From: Candidatus Faecousia excrementigallinarum
GTDB lineage: Bacteria > Bacillota > Clostridia > Oscillospirales > Oscillospiraceae
NCBI GenBank assembly: GCA_018713285.1
Contig: DVFK01000107.1
Location: forward strand, 2,715-66,714
Reading direction: 5' to 3'
Length of the DNA: 64,000 bases
Part shown: positions 20,532 through 29,624 of the stretch, piece by piece
Layout: the number at the start of each line of letters is the position of its first letter
Position numbering within the stretch: the stretch's first letter is position 1
The notes under the pieces: model-generated
Databases searched by the model: none
What the model was told of the DNA's origin: nothing
Seen by the model: the letters and a program-made list of their open reading frames with translations, nothing else
Translations under genes and position numbers: made by a program

Positions 20532-21317
20532 TCATACATAGCGGTCAATGACCACGGAAATCCGGCCTTTTTTCGTCTGACCGTTGACGGCTTTCAGGCA
20601 TATTTTGCCCATTCCCCGCAGGGATATTTTGGTACCTTCCGATACCTGTTTGTCGGGTTTTTCCCAGGGCTGACCGTCCACAGCCACCCGCCCGGCGGCG
20701 ATGTGCTGGGCTGCCTGGGAGCGGCCTATGGAAAAGCCGGCGCTTACCACCCCGTCCAGCCGGAGGGAGGCCAGAGTGTCACGGATCTCCCGTGTCTTAG
20801 CCTGGGGCAAGGACAGGTTATCCAGGGAAACCCGCCGCAAGGACAGATGGACTCTTCCCGCCTGGGTGAGATTTTGCAGGATAAAGGGGGCCATCTGGGC
20901 TGTGACAAACACAAAGAAGCACCCATCTCCCACGGCAATGTCTCCAATGGCCTGGCGCTGAACCCCGGCGCCTATGAGGCTGCCCAGAATGTCCCGGTGG
21001 GTCAGACAATCTCCTGCGTAGAAGCTGCCCTCCACACATACCACGGGAGAATCCTCCGAAGTAAGAAAATCTTCCTCCAGATAGTCAGGAAGATACAAAA
21101 GGCTTTTCCGCTCCGCCTCCGGGTATCCCCCGAAGAACACCAGCTCCGCCTGCTGTCCAAAAAGATATCTTGCCATCTCCTGCTCCCGGGGAGAGAGAAA
21201 GCCGGTGGCGGCGGGAATGTTCCTGTGCATACCGTTTTGAATCTTATCCCAGATTTTTGCCAGCAGCAGCCGGTCCTCCGGGTCCTGGGAGATTTTTTCG
21301 ATGTTGCTTCTGTCCAT
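20532..21317 (-). CDS. ylmH: YlmH/Sll1252 family S4-domain RNA-binding protein
   Basis: FLSPRE, GGYPEAER, HRDILGSL, SLRLD, S4 domain and TKKGR motifs. Confidence 0.9.
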   Translation of the reverse strand: MDRSNIEKISQDPEDRLLLAKIWDKIQNGMHRNIPAATGFLSPREQEMARYLFGQQAELVFFGGYPEAERKSLLYLPDYLEEDFLTSEDSPVVCVEGSFYAGDCLTHRDILGSLIGAGVQRQAIGDIAVGDGCFFVFVTAQMAPFILQNLTQAGRVHLSLRRVSLDNLSLPQAKTREIRDTLASLRLDGVVSAGFSIGRSQAAQHIAAGRVAVDGQPWEKPDKQVSEGTKISLRGMGKICLKAVNGQTKKGRISVVIDRYV

Positions 21318-21354
21318 TGTGCACCTGCCCTATGAGAAATGCTCTGATAGGCCC

Positions 21355-21422
21355 ATTATAGCATAGGTTTTTTCCATTGCAAGAAAGTTTTTCTTGTACA
21401 GGAACGCCGTTTCCGGTATAAT
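21355..21422. promoter_or_regulatory. divergent sigma-A type promoters (ylmH / flavoprotein operon)
   Basis: Plus strand TTGTAC-17-TATAAT (21394-21422); minus strand TTGCAA..TATAAT (21382-21355). Confidence 0.6.
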
Positions 21423-21445
21423 AGCACCAGAAAGCAGGTGAAACC

Positions 21446-22657
21446 ATGAAAATTGGGATTATTGGCGCCGGCGCTTCCGGTATGGCGGCGGCTCTGGCGG
21501 CGGCGGAAAACCCGGAGGTGGAGGTGCTGGTTCTGGAGCGCCAGAGCCGGGTGGGACGGAAGCTTCTGGCCACCGGAAACGGCCGGTGCAACCTGACAAA
21601 CCTTCACGCCCTGGAAGGGGGCTACCACGGAGAGTCGCCGGACTTTTCCAAAGAGGCCCTGACCCGGTTTTCCCCGGAGGAGACCCTTGCCTGGTTCCGA
21701 TCCCTGGGACTTTATACGGTGGCGGAGCCCTCCGGACGGGTGTACCCCTATTCCGACCAGGCCAACTCCGTGGTGGATGTGCTGCGGCTGGCTATGGACA
21801 AGCCCAATATCACCCTGGTCACGGGATTTACGGTGGAGAAAATCCGCCGGGAGCCGGAGGGCTTTACCCTGAGCAGCCGGGAAGACAGCTATTTTTGTGA
21901 TAAAGTGATTGTGGCCTGCGGCGGTCTTGCGGGGAGTAAGCTGGGAGGCACCATGTCCGGCTACCAGCTTCTGGGCAAGCTGGGGCATCGCAGTACCCGC
22001 CTCCGCCCGGCTCTGGTGCAAATCAAATGCGGCTGGGGAGGCATTGTGGGACTGAAAGGCGTGAGAGCCAACTGCCATGTGAAGATTCTCCGGGACGAGG
22101 CTCTATTTGCCCAAAGCACCGGGGAGCTGCAATTTACAGAAATGGGCCTGTCCGGGCCGGTGATTTTTGAAATCTCCCGGGACGTGTGCTTCGGAAAGGG
22201 CGATTGGGAAGCGAGGCTTGACTTCCTGCCGGAAATGTCCCAGGAGGAGCTGGAAGAAATGCTTCTGGAGCGGCAGCAGCGGAACTTTCCCATGGAGGAG
22301 CTGCTGACGGGAATCCTTCACAACCGCTTGGGCCGGGTGCTGACCAAGGCCGCCGGTATCGGCGGGCGGCAGGCAGGAGAGTTGACCCGGGAGGAGATTG
22401 CCCAGGTGTGCCGCACGGTGAAGGATTTTGACATACCCCTGACAGAGCCCTTGGGGATGGACAGCGCCCAGGTCACCGCCGGCGGGGTGCTGACGGAAAA
22501 CTTTGACCCCCAGACTTTGGAAAGCTGCCTGGTGCCGGGGCTCTATGCCTGCGGCGAAGTGCTGGATGTGGACGGGGACTGCGGCGGATACAACTTACAA
22601 TGGGCGTGGAGCTCCGGAAGAACCGCCGGGCTTCATGCAGGAAAGGAAAGCGTATGA
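21446..22657 (+). CDS. BaiN/YhiN (HI0933) family NAD(P)/FAD-dependent oxidoreductase
   Basis: GAGASG, GRKLLATGNGRCNLTN, AQVTAGGV and GDCGGYNLQWAWSSG motifs. Confidence 0.92.
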   Translation: MKIGIIGAGASGMAAALAAAENPEVEVLVLERQSRVGRKLLATGNGRCNLTNLHALEGGYHGESPDFSKEALTRFSPEETLAWFRSLGLYTVAEPSGRVYPYSDQANSVVDVLRLAMDKPNITLVTGFTVEKIRREPEGFTLSSREDSYFCDKVIVACGGLAGSKLGGTMSGYQLLGKLGHRSTRLRPALVQIKCGWGGIVGLKGVRANCHVKILRDEALFAQSTGELQFTEMGLSGPVIFEISRDVCFGKGDWEARLDFLPEMSQEELEEMLLERQQRNFPMEELLTGILHNRLGRVLTKAAGIGGRQAGELTREEIAQVCRTVKDFDIPLTEPLGMDSAQVTAGGVLTENFDPQTLESCLVPGLYACGEVLDVDGDCGGYNLQWAWSSGRTAGLHAGKESV

Positions 22658-24234
22658 TTCGGATTCGGGAAATTTCCATGCCACCGGAGCATTCTGTTGC
22701 CCAGCTGGGGTATGAAGCTGCCCGGCTTTTGAAGGTGCCCAACTCCAAAATCCGGAAGGTGAAGCTGGTTCGCCGGTCGGTGGACGCCCGGAAAAAGCCC
22801 CAGGTGCGGATTGTGTATACCATCGATGTGGCTGTGGACGGCAGCGAAAAGAAAATTTTGAAGCGAAGCGGCTGTAAGCGGGCGTCCATTGCCCCGGTTA
22901 CTTATTATAAGGTAGCAAAGGTAGCTACCCAGCCGGAGCATCCCCCGGTGGTGGTGGGCTTCGGCCCCGCCGGAATGTTTGCCGCCCTGGTGCTGGCCCT
23001 GGCAGGTTTGAAGCCTCTGGTGCTGGAGCGGGGGGAGGACGCTGCCACCCGCCATGAAAAGGTACAGACCTTCTTCCGGGAGGGGAAGCTGGACGAAAAT
23101 AGCAATGTGCAGTTCGGAGAGGGAGGCGCCGGCACCTTCTCCGACGGAAAGCTGAACACCGGGGTGAACAACGAAAGAATCGGCTGGATTCTGGAGCAGA
23201 TGGTAGCCGCCGGAGCAGGGGAGGACATCCTCTTTGACGCCAAGCCCCATGTGGGGACGGATGTGCTTCTGACTGTGGTGCAGAATATCCGCCATCGGAT
23301 TTGTGCCCTGGGGGGACAGGTGCGCTTCCGGGCACAGGTGACGGATATTTTCAGCCGGGAGGGAAAGCTCACCGGCTTGCAGGTGAACGGTCAGGAGGAG
23401 ATTCCCTGTGACCGGGTGATTTTTGCCATCGGCCACAGCGCAAGAGATACCTTCCGCCAGTTGAAGGCCCTGGGAATCCCCCTGGAGCAAAAGCCCTTTT
23501 CCATGGGCGTGCGGATTGAGCACCTGCAAAAAACCGTAAACGAAGCCCAGTACGGGGCGGATTTGCCCATCCTGCCCCCGGCGGACTATAAGCTGGCGGA
23601 GCATCTGGAAAAGGAAACGGTGTATACCTTCTGTATGTGCCCCGGAGGATATGTGGTGGCGGCGGCCTCGGAAAAAGGCGGCGTGGTCACCAACGGCATG
23701 AGCTACGCCGACCGGGCTGGAGAAAACGCCAATGCCGCCCTTCTGGTGACTCTGAACCCGGAGGATTTCCCGGGAGATGACCCTCTGTCCGGCATGGAGT
23801 GGCAGGAGGAGATTGAAAAGCGAGCGTTCACTGTTGGCGGCGGCAATTACCATGCCCCAGCCCAGTTGGTGGGAGACTTCCTGAAAGGCAAGCCCAGCAC
23901 CGGTCCCGGCATGGTGCAGCCTACCTACCGTCCCGGGGTGACCTGGTGCGACTTGCATCAGGTGCTGCCGGAAAAAATCACCCACGCCCTGGCAGAAGCC
24001 CTGCCCCGGCTGGAGGGAAAGCTCCGGGGCTTTTCCCACCCGGAGGCGGTCCTCACCGCCCCGGAAACCCGCAGCTCCTGCCCGGTGCGGATTGTCCGGA
24101 ACCAGGAACGACAGTCCACCGGCCTTTATGGACTCTACCCGGCAGGAGAAGGCGCCGGCTACGCCGGCGGCATCATGTCCGCCGCCATAGACGGCATGCT
24201 CTCAGCTGAAGCGCTGATGGCGTGTTTCTCATAA
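22654..24234 (+). CDS. FAD-dependent oxidoreductase (COG2509-type)
   Basis: GFGPAG, QFGEGGAGTFSDGKL, FCMCPGG, ETRSS and GEGAGYAGGI motifs. Confidence 0.9.
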   Translation: MIRIREISMPPEHSVAQLGYEAARLLKVPNSKIRKVKLVRRSVDARKKPQVRIVYTIDVAVDGSEKKILKRSGCKRASIAPVTYYKVAKVATQPEHPPVVVGFGPAGMFAALVLALAGLKPLVLERGEDAATRHEKVQTFFREGKLDENSNVQFGEGGAGTFSDGKLNTGVNNERIGWILEQMVAAGAGEDILFDAKPHVGTDVLLTVVQNIRHRICALGGQVRFRAQVTDIFSREGKLTGLQVNGQEEIPCDRVIFAIGHSARDTFRQLKALGIPLEQKPFSMGVRIEHLQKTVNEAQYGADLPILPPADYKLAEHLEKETVYTFCMCPGGYVVAAASEKGGVVTNGMSYADRAGENANAALLVTLNPEDFPGDDPLSGMEWQEEIEKRAFTVGGGNYHAPAQLVGDFLKGKPSTGPGMVQPTYRPGVTWCDLHQVLPEKITHALAEALPRLEGKLRGFSHPEAVLTAPETRSSCPVRIVRNQERQSTGLYGLYPAGEGAGYAGGIMSAAIDGMLSAEALMACFS

Positions 24235-24664
24235 CCATTGGAGTCTGCCTGGGACATTCCAGACAAAGCACAGAAAAAGAAACTTTCTCTACAGGTGGGT
24301 AAGGCACCTTACGTTTCAGTGACCCCAGGCGTTCCTGCCGAATGGCTAAAGCATTGCGTTTATACCGCACAGTACCAAAAATTCAAAAAATTACCAGGTA
24401 CTGAATCCCTTTGTTTTTACGGAAAATATCTGTTATATTGTTGCGCAACAGAATCCCTGTGCGCTGCCATTGTGATCCCTGGAGGAATATGACCCCAATT
24501 GGTGTTTTCTGTATCTTTGTGGAGAGGAATACACCGGATAGGGCCAAAAGTCGTATTTTTAAAATCTTGTAAATTTGTATACAAAAATACAATTCTCGAC
24601 AAAATTCGATTGCCAGAATTTGGCTTCTGTGTAAAAATCCGCCTGTTTTGCATAAAAAACAGGC

Positions 24665-24693
24665 TTGCGGCATTAACTGGGTTGTGGTAGAAT
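24665..24693 (+). promoter_or_regulatory. probable sigma-A promoter of pilus operon
   Basis: TTGCGG-17-TAGAAT with extended -10 TG, downstream of an AT-rich tract. Confidence 0.5.
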
Positions 24694-24945
24694 AAGGACG
24701 GTGAGAATTAAATGTTATACCCGGAAATCCCGGGTATTCACGGTCTTAACAATGTCGGATACTGTTTGTGGGGTCCCCCCAACAGTGGAACAGTTGCTCC
24801 GACATCTGAATGAGATAGATTTTGGAAGGGCGCAATAGCCTGCTTTTTACGGATTTGCTGTTGTACACGGCAAAAAGTACCGTGCATGGAAGCACGGCAT
24901 AAGGGCCTGAATAACAGGCTGTTTTCCAGGAGGGATGGTTGGTTT

Positions 24946-27900
24946 ATGCCAAACAAAGTGCGTAAAAGAGTTCTGTCTGTCATACTGACTTTGACGATAC
25001 TGCTTTCCCTGTGTCCGCCGTATGCCCCGGCGTCTGCGGAACCGGTATATGACGGTTTATGTGTCCATCACCCGGCACACACCGGGGAGTGCGGCTACCG
25101 GGAGGCGGCGGAGGGACAGCTCTGTACCCATATACATGACGGGAGCTGCGGCTATACAGAAGCCGTGGAGGAGAACCCCTGTGATATGGAATGCACAGAT
25201 AGGGACGGGGATGGAATTGCAGACCATGCCCAGGAATGTGCTTTTTTGCCTGCCGCAGAGGGTAGTCCCTGCACCCATACCCACGATGAAACCTGCGGCT
25301 ACGCAGAAGGCGTAGAGGCAAGCCCCTGCACCTATGCAGTCAATGGGTGTCCTTACTGCGTGGTCTCCTGGGAATGGGTGGACGACCAGCAGCTGCTGAA
25401 CCGGCTGGAAGATGGCTGGGGAATGGGATTGCCCGGCGCCGGTGAGGACATCCCCCTCACCCGGGAGGCGGTGGCGGAGCTGCTGCCCGGCGCAATTACG
25501 GCGATGACCCACAGCGGGGAGGAAGTGACCCTGGAAATCGCCTGGGATATGACGGCCCTTCCGGAAGAATCCATACCTGACGGCGACTACAGCCTGACTG
25601 CTGCCTTGCCGGAAGCCTATGCCCTTACAGACGAGGCAGAGGCTCTGGCTGCTACGCTCCAGGTAGGGGGAGTGGAGACCTATACGGAATTGGAATTGCC
25701 TTCCGGTGATCCGCCCCTTTCGGAGCATATTATCAACGGCCTTTCCCCCAACGGTACGACCATCGATTTGTTTGACTACTGGATTACCAGTCAGACGGCT
25801 GCGGATGTCGTCGATATGGAGGAAGAATTTATCAACCAGGGAATCAACGCCAATCATGCGCTGCTGTTCGGTAAAGGCATGAATGTCGCCTCAGAGCTGG
25901 GCAGCTGGAATATTTGGACCGGAGAAGAAGGACCACCCTGGGCGGGCATCGTGGCGGATACTTTGGGGGAAGATGGTTTTCCTGTATTGAACTTGGCTGG
26001 CAAAATAGATAATGCATCGAAATTAGCCGGTCGGAACGGGACAGAATCCCTGGCGTATTTATTTGATACGAACCGCCATGACGGCAAAGCAGCTTATACG
26101 GATGTGCGCGGCCTGCTGCAGGTGGATGAGGACGGCTACTATTATTATTACAGCACCAAAAACTATGCGGTGTTCTATGCAGATGCCAATTCTTTCGTCT
26201 TATACGACCTTCCGGGTGTGACGCCCGGAGGCAGTTCTCCGGTAGGCCAGTTTTTCCCTTTCAATGCGGCAGATGAAAAAGTAGGGAATGTGGAGGTTAA
26301 TAATAAAACGTATTCTTTGGTAAATACCCAATCGTCTCTCAACAAATCCATCAACCATTATTTTGGAATGCACATGTCTACCCGCTTTATTCAACAGAAT
26401 GGCGGTTATACCGACCGCTCGCATACGACACCGGTGACCTATGAGTTTTCCGGCGATGACGATATCTGGATTTTTATTGATGGGATTCTGGTGGCGGATT
26501 TAGGCGGTATCCACAATACATCCTCTGTTAAGATTGATTTTGCATCCGGTGAAATTGAAATTAACGATAAGTCTCAACCCCAAAAGCTGGGAGAGTTGTT
26601 GGAATATGGGACTGCTACGCTCCCGGACAATACCTATCATACCCTGGATTTCTTCTACCTGGAGCGGGGCAATACCGACTCCAACATGAACCTCAAGTAT
26701 AACCTGGTTACAATCCCCGAGAGCAATCTGATTAAGGTTGACCAGCTGGGCGAGCCTGTGCCGGGAGCCGAATTTAAGCTCTATGCAGCAAATGACCCGG
26801 CGAACCCGATTGCGGTTGGAACCACTGACCATAATGGCGAATTTGTCTTTCTGAATGATAAGGATATGCCAATCACAATTGAGGATTTGTATAGAGACTA
26901 CAGCAATGTGGGAAAAGGGGAAGAGAGTGACCTGATTCTGGCAGAGACCCGTACGCCTGATGGCTATCGTTCCAGCGGAAAAACTGGCCTGTACTTTTAT
27001 GAATCAAAGAAAGGCGAGGTGTTGCTGCTGTCCAACTCTGTGTGGGACAAGGGGTCCTACGCCATGCCGAAAGTAACATCGACGGCCCCCAAGGTGATCC
27101 GTTCCGCGGACGATCCCGACCGTACAGTTACGTTGTCGGGCTATGGTGCAGTGGAAAACCCCCTTATGTTTGCGGTAGTGTTCCAGAAGCAAGGTGAAAA
27201 TTGGTATCCTGTCTCCGGTGACCCGGTGCAGGGTTGGAAGGTGTGGGAGAACAGTAATTGGGAAAATGTTTTGGCGGCAGCTCTGGCCAGCCCCTACCTC
27301 TTTCAAATTGCCAGCAATGGTGCGTATCAGGTAGAGGTCAGCAATCTTCCTGGAGATATTCGGGATTACTACCACATTTGCATGAGTGAAACACAGGCAA
27401 AATATACGATTGGATATTACTACACAAGCGCTAGAACGCTGGCACAGGCCAATAAAGAAAATACATGGCGGATTGATTCCGATCCGCTGAAGCCAGAGGA
27501 TTCGGCATATGCCTTGGAGCGGGTGTTCTCCATGGATTTGTATGTATCCAACATCAAAAACCGACTGTTGGTGCAGAAGGTGGACGAGGCGCGAAACCCG
27601 GTTAACGAGGCAGAATTCTATCTGTATGAAGCTTCGGCTATGGCAATTGTGGGAGGAAAGCTTCAGGTTAAGGAGGGTGCAACCTACTACGACAAAGTGA
27701 AAACCGCCGATATCAGGAACGAAATTCTGAACCTGGATGGCGGCGGCATTTTCCCCACAGACGGTAAGGTTCTGAAGGAGGGAGAGTACTATTTGGTTGA
27801 AGAGACTCCACCCTATGGCTATGTGGCCAACAGCACGCCGGTTCACATCGTGGTGGATAACACCGGTGTCTATGCCGACGCAGGAACGCAAAACGATGGC

Positions 27901-28749
27901 ATCACGGTGCTGCGGGGCGTGGGCTCTGTTATGCGGAGTGTGGTTCAATTTGCAACAGATGACGGTGTGGACATCACACTCCATGATATTATGGCGACAC
28001 GGGTAACCAGCGGTTCCTACACAGATGGTTCGTTTGCTTGGAGCAGTGCCGACTGGGAGACTGGCGATGTCCTGCATTTACAGTATGCCAACGAGAACAA
28101 AATGCTGGATTACGGCTTGTATGATACCGATGTAAAGGGAACGCTGGACAACCTGACCCTGGCAACGGAAACAGGCTGGTCCAAACTTCTGATTCGCCAG
28201 TGCTATGACCACAAAGGAACTGAGGTGCCAGATCCCCTGAAAACCGATTTGGGAGATAGAGACCTTACCAATCTGTTCTCCGGCACCGTGACGGTGCGGG
28301 TGACCAACGTTAGAAAGATTGTGGATGTGATTGTTGAGAAAAAGGTCACCGGCAATCTGGGAGACCACACTAAGCAATTTGCGTTTGAGGTTCAGTCTTC
28401 CTTGCCAATGGAGAAAGATGCCAATTATAACCTGTCGGATGACGGAAAAATCGCAACCTTCTCCCTGGCCCACAATGAAAGCGTAACCCTCAGGGTTCCT
28501 GTTGGTGCTCTGCTGACCATATCGGAAACCTTTGGGGACTATGAATCCACCATCACCGTGGATGACAAGCCTCTTAAGGAAAGATATACGGTTACGGATG
28601 CGGATACCCAGACCATTACCGTGACCAACCACAAGAATGTGGTGATTGATACCGGCATTGTATTGGATGCACTGCCCTATGTGGTGCTGCTGGGAATCGT
28701 GGCCGTGGGAGCAATCCTGCTGCTCCGCCGCCGCAGACGCCGGGAGTAG
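24946..28749 (+). CDS. large pilus tip adhesin: signal peptide, Cys/His repeats, fibro-slime/PA14-like domain, SpaA/CnaB-like domains, VIDTG sorting signal
   Basis: N-terminal signal peptide; FSGDDDIWIFIDG..DLGGIH and LDFFYLERG fibro-slime motifs; KVD..GAEF..ETRTPDGY and EETPPYGY E-boxes; VIDTG + TM + RRRRRRE. Confidence 0.85.
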   Translation: MPNKVRKRVLSVILTLTILLSLCPPYAPASAEPVYDGLCVHHPAHTGECGYREAAEGQLCTHIHDGSCGYTEAVEENPCDMECTDRDGDGIADHAQECAFLPAAEGSPCTHTHDETCGYAEGVEASPCTYAVNGCPYCVVSWEWVDDQQLLNRLEDGWGMGLPGAGEDIPLTREAVAELLPGAITAMTHSGEEVTLEIAWDMTALPEESIPDGDYSLTAALPEAYALTDEAEALAATLQVGGVETYTELELPSGDPPLSEHIINGLSPNGTTIDLFDYWITSQTAADVVDMEEEFINQGINANHALLFGKGMNVASELGSWNIWTGEEGPPWAGIVADTLGEDGFPVLNLAGKIDNASKLAGRNGTESLAYLFDTNRHDGKAAYTDVRGLLQVDEDGYYYYYSTKNYAVFYADANSFVLYDLPGVTPGGSSPVGQFFPFNAADEKVGNVEVNNKTYSLVNTQSSLNKSINHYFGMHMSTRFIQQNGGYTDRSHTTPVTYEFSGDDDIWIFIDGILVADLGGIHNTSSVKIDFASGEIEINDKSQPQKLGELLEYGTATLPDNTYHTLDFFYLERGNTDSNMNLKYNLVTIPESNLIKVDQLGEPVPGAEFKLYAANDPANPIAVGTTDHNGEFVFLNDKDMPITIEDLYRDYSNVGKGEESDLILAETRTPDGYRSSGKTGLYFYESKKGEVLLLSNSVWDKGSYAMPKVTSTAPKVIRSADDPDRTVTLSGYGAVENPLMFAVVFQKQGENWYPVSGDPVQGWKVWENSNWENVLAAALASPYLFQIASNGAYQVEVSNLPGDIRDYYHICMSETQAKYTIGYYYTSARTLAQANKENTWRIDSDPLKPEDSAYALERVFSMDLYVSNIKNRLLVQKVDEARNPVNEAEFYLYEASAMAIVGGKLQVKEGATYYDKVKTADIRNEILNLDGGGIFPTDGKVLKEGEYYLVEETPPYGYVANSTPVHIVVDNTGVYADAGTQNDGITVLRGVGSVMRSVVQFATDDGVDITLHDIMATRVTSGSYTDGSFAWSSADWETGDVLHLQYANENKMLDYGLYDTDVKGTLDNLTLATETGWSKLLIRQCYDHKGTEVPDPLKTDLGDRDLTNLFSGTVTVRVTNVRKIVDVIVEKKVTGNLGDHTKQFAFEVQSSLPMEKDANYNLSDDGKIATFSLAHNESVTLRVPVGALLTISETFGDYESTITVDDKPLKERYTVTDADTQTITVTNHKNVVIDTGIVLDALPYVVLLGIVAVGAILLLRRRRRRE

Positions 28750-28760
28750 GGAGGTGGCAT

Positions 28761-29030
28761 ATGAAAAAACAGGAAATGAACCCGGCAGCCGGTGAGAACC
28801 GGCAGCCGGAAGCCTCCCCTTATTATCGCCATGTGCAGTCCACCATTGTCCCCTGGCTCCAAAAGGTCCGTTTCCGCAAATGCCTCTTTGGCGGCGTCAA
28901 CGAGGCGGATGTGTGGAAGAAGCTGGAGGAGCTGAACGCTATGTACGAAACCGCCCTGGCGGCGGAACGGGCACGATACGATGCCCTGCTGGAGGCGCAG
29001 AAGAAAGCGGGTGATGACCATCGCCCCTAA
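28761..29030 (+). CDS. small DivIVA-like/coiled-coil hypothetical protein in pilus locus
   Basis: GGAGGT RBS; FRKCLFGGVNEADVWKKLEEL resembles the DivIVA N-terminal motif. Confidence 0.6.
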   Translation: MKKQEMNPAAGENRQPEASPYYRHVQSTIVPWLQKVRFRKCLFGGVNEADVWKKLEELNAMYETALAAERARYDALLEAQKKAGDDHRP

Positions 29031-29563
29031 GGAGATGACACCTGAGTCCGTAATTCCGCCGCCGCCGGAACCGGCTGCTGGACAGAAAGGATGCTTTGTC
29101 CCTGCTTTTCCGCGTCTGCCTGCTGGTGCTCCTTGCCTGGCTCCTGGCCACCCAGGTGCTCCTGCTTACCCAGGTGCATGGCAACAGTATGTTCCCCGCA
29201 TTGAAGGACGGAGACCTGGCCATCGGCTTTCGGCTCCAGCAGTCCTACCAAAAGGGGGATGTGGTGCTCTATGAGCGGGACGGCAATTTGTGGGTAGGCC
29301 GGGTGGCGGCAAGACCCGGAGACTTTGTAACCATCCAGGAGGATGGAACCCTCCTGGTCAACGGCACCGTCCAGTCCGGCGAGATTCTCTACCCCACTTA
29401 CCCCAAAAATACCCTGACATACCCTTATCAGGTGCCGGAGGACGCCCTGTTCATCCTGGGAGACTACCGCACCCAATCGGAGGACAGCCGGGACTTCGGC
29501 CCAGTCCCCCTGGAGAATGTGAAGGCCAAGGTCATCACCATTCTCCGCCGCAGAGGCTTGTAA
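29014..29563 (+). CDS. signal peptidase I-like (SipA/LepA-type) pilus protein with an apparent +1 frameshift near 29056; intact ORF 29096-29563
   Basis: TM, GNSMFPALKDGD, GRVAARPGD and FILGDYR..SEDSRDFG motifs; N-terminal part lies in a different frame. Confidence 0.75.
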
Positions 29564-29624
29564 ACAAACGGAGAAACCCGTTTATCCGTACAAATGAAAA
29601 CAATACGAATTAGGAGGATTTACC

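Noticed and set aside
24234-24690. Short ORFs in the AT-rich spacer before the pilus locus
   Set aside because: No RBS or motifs; probably regulatory or decayed DNA. No invertible-promoter repeats or recombinase were identified.
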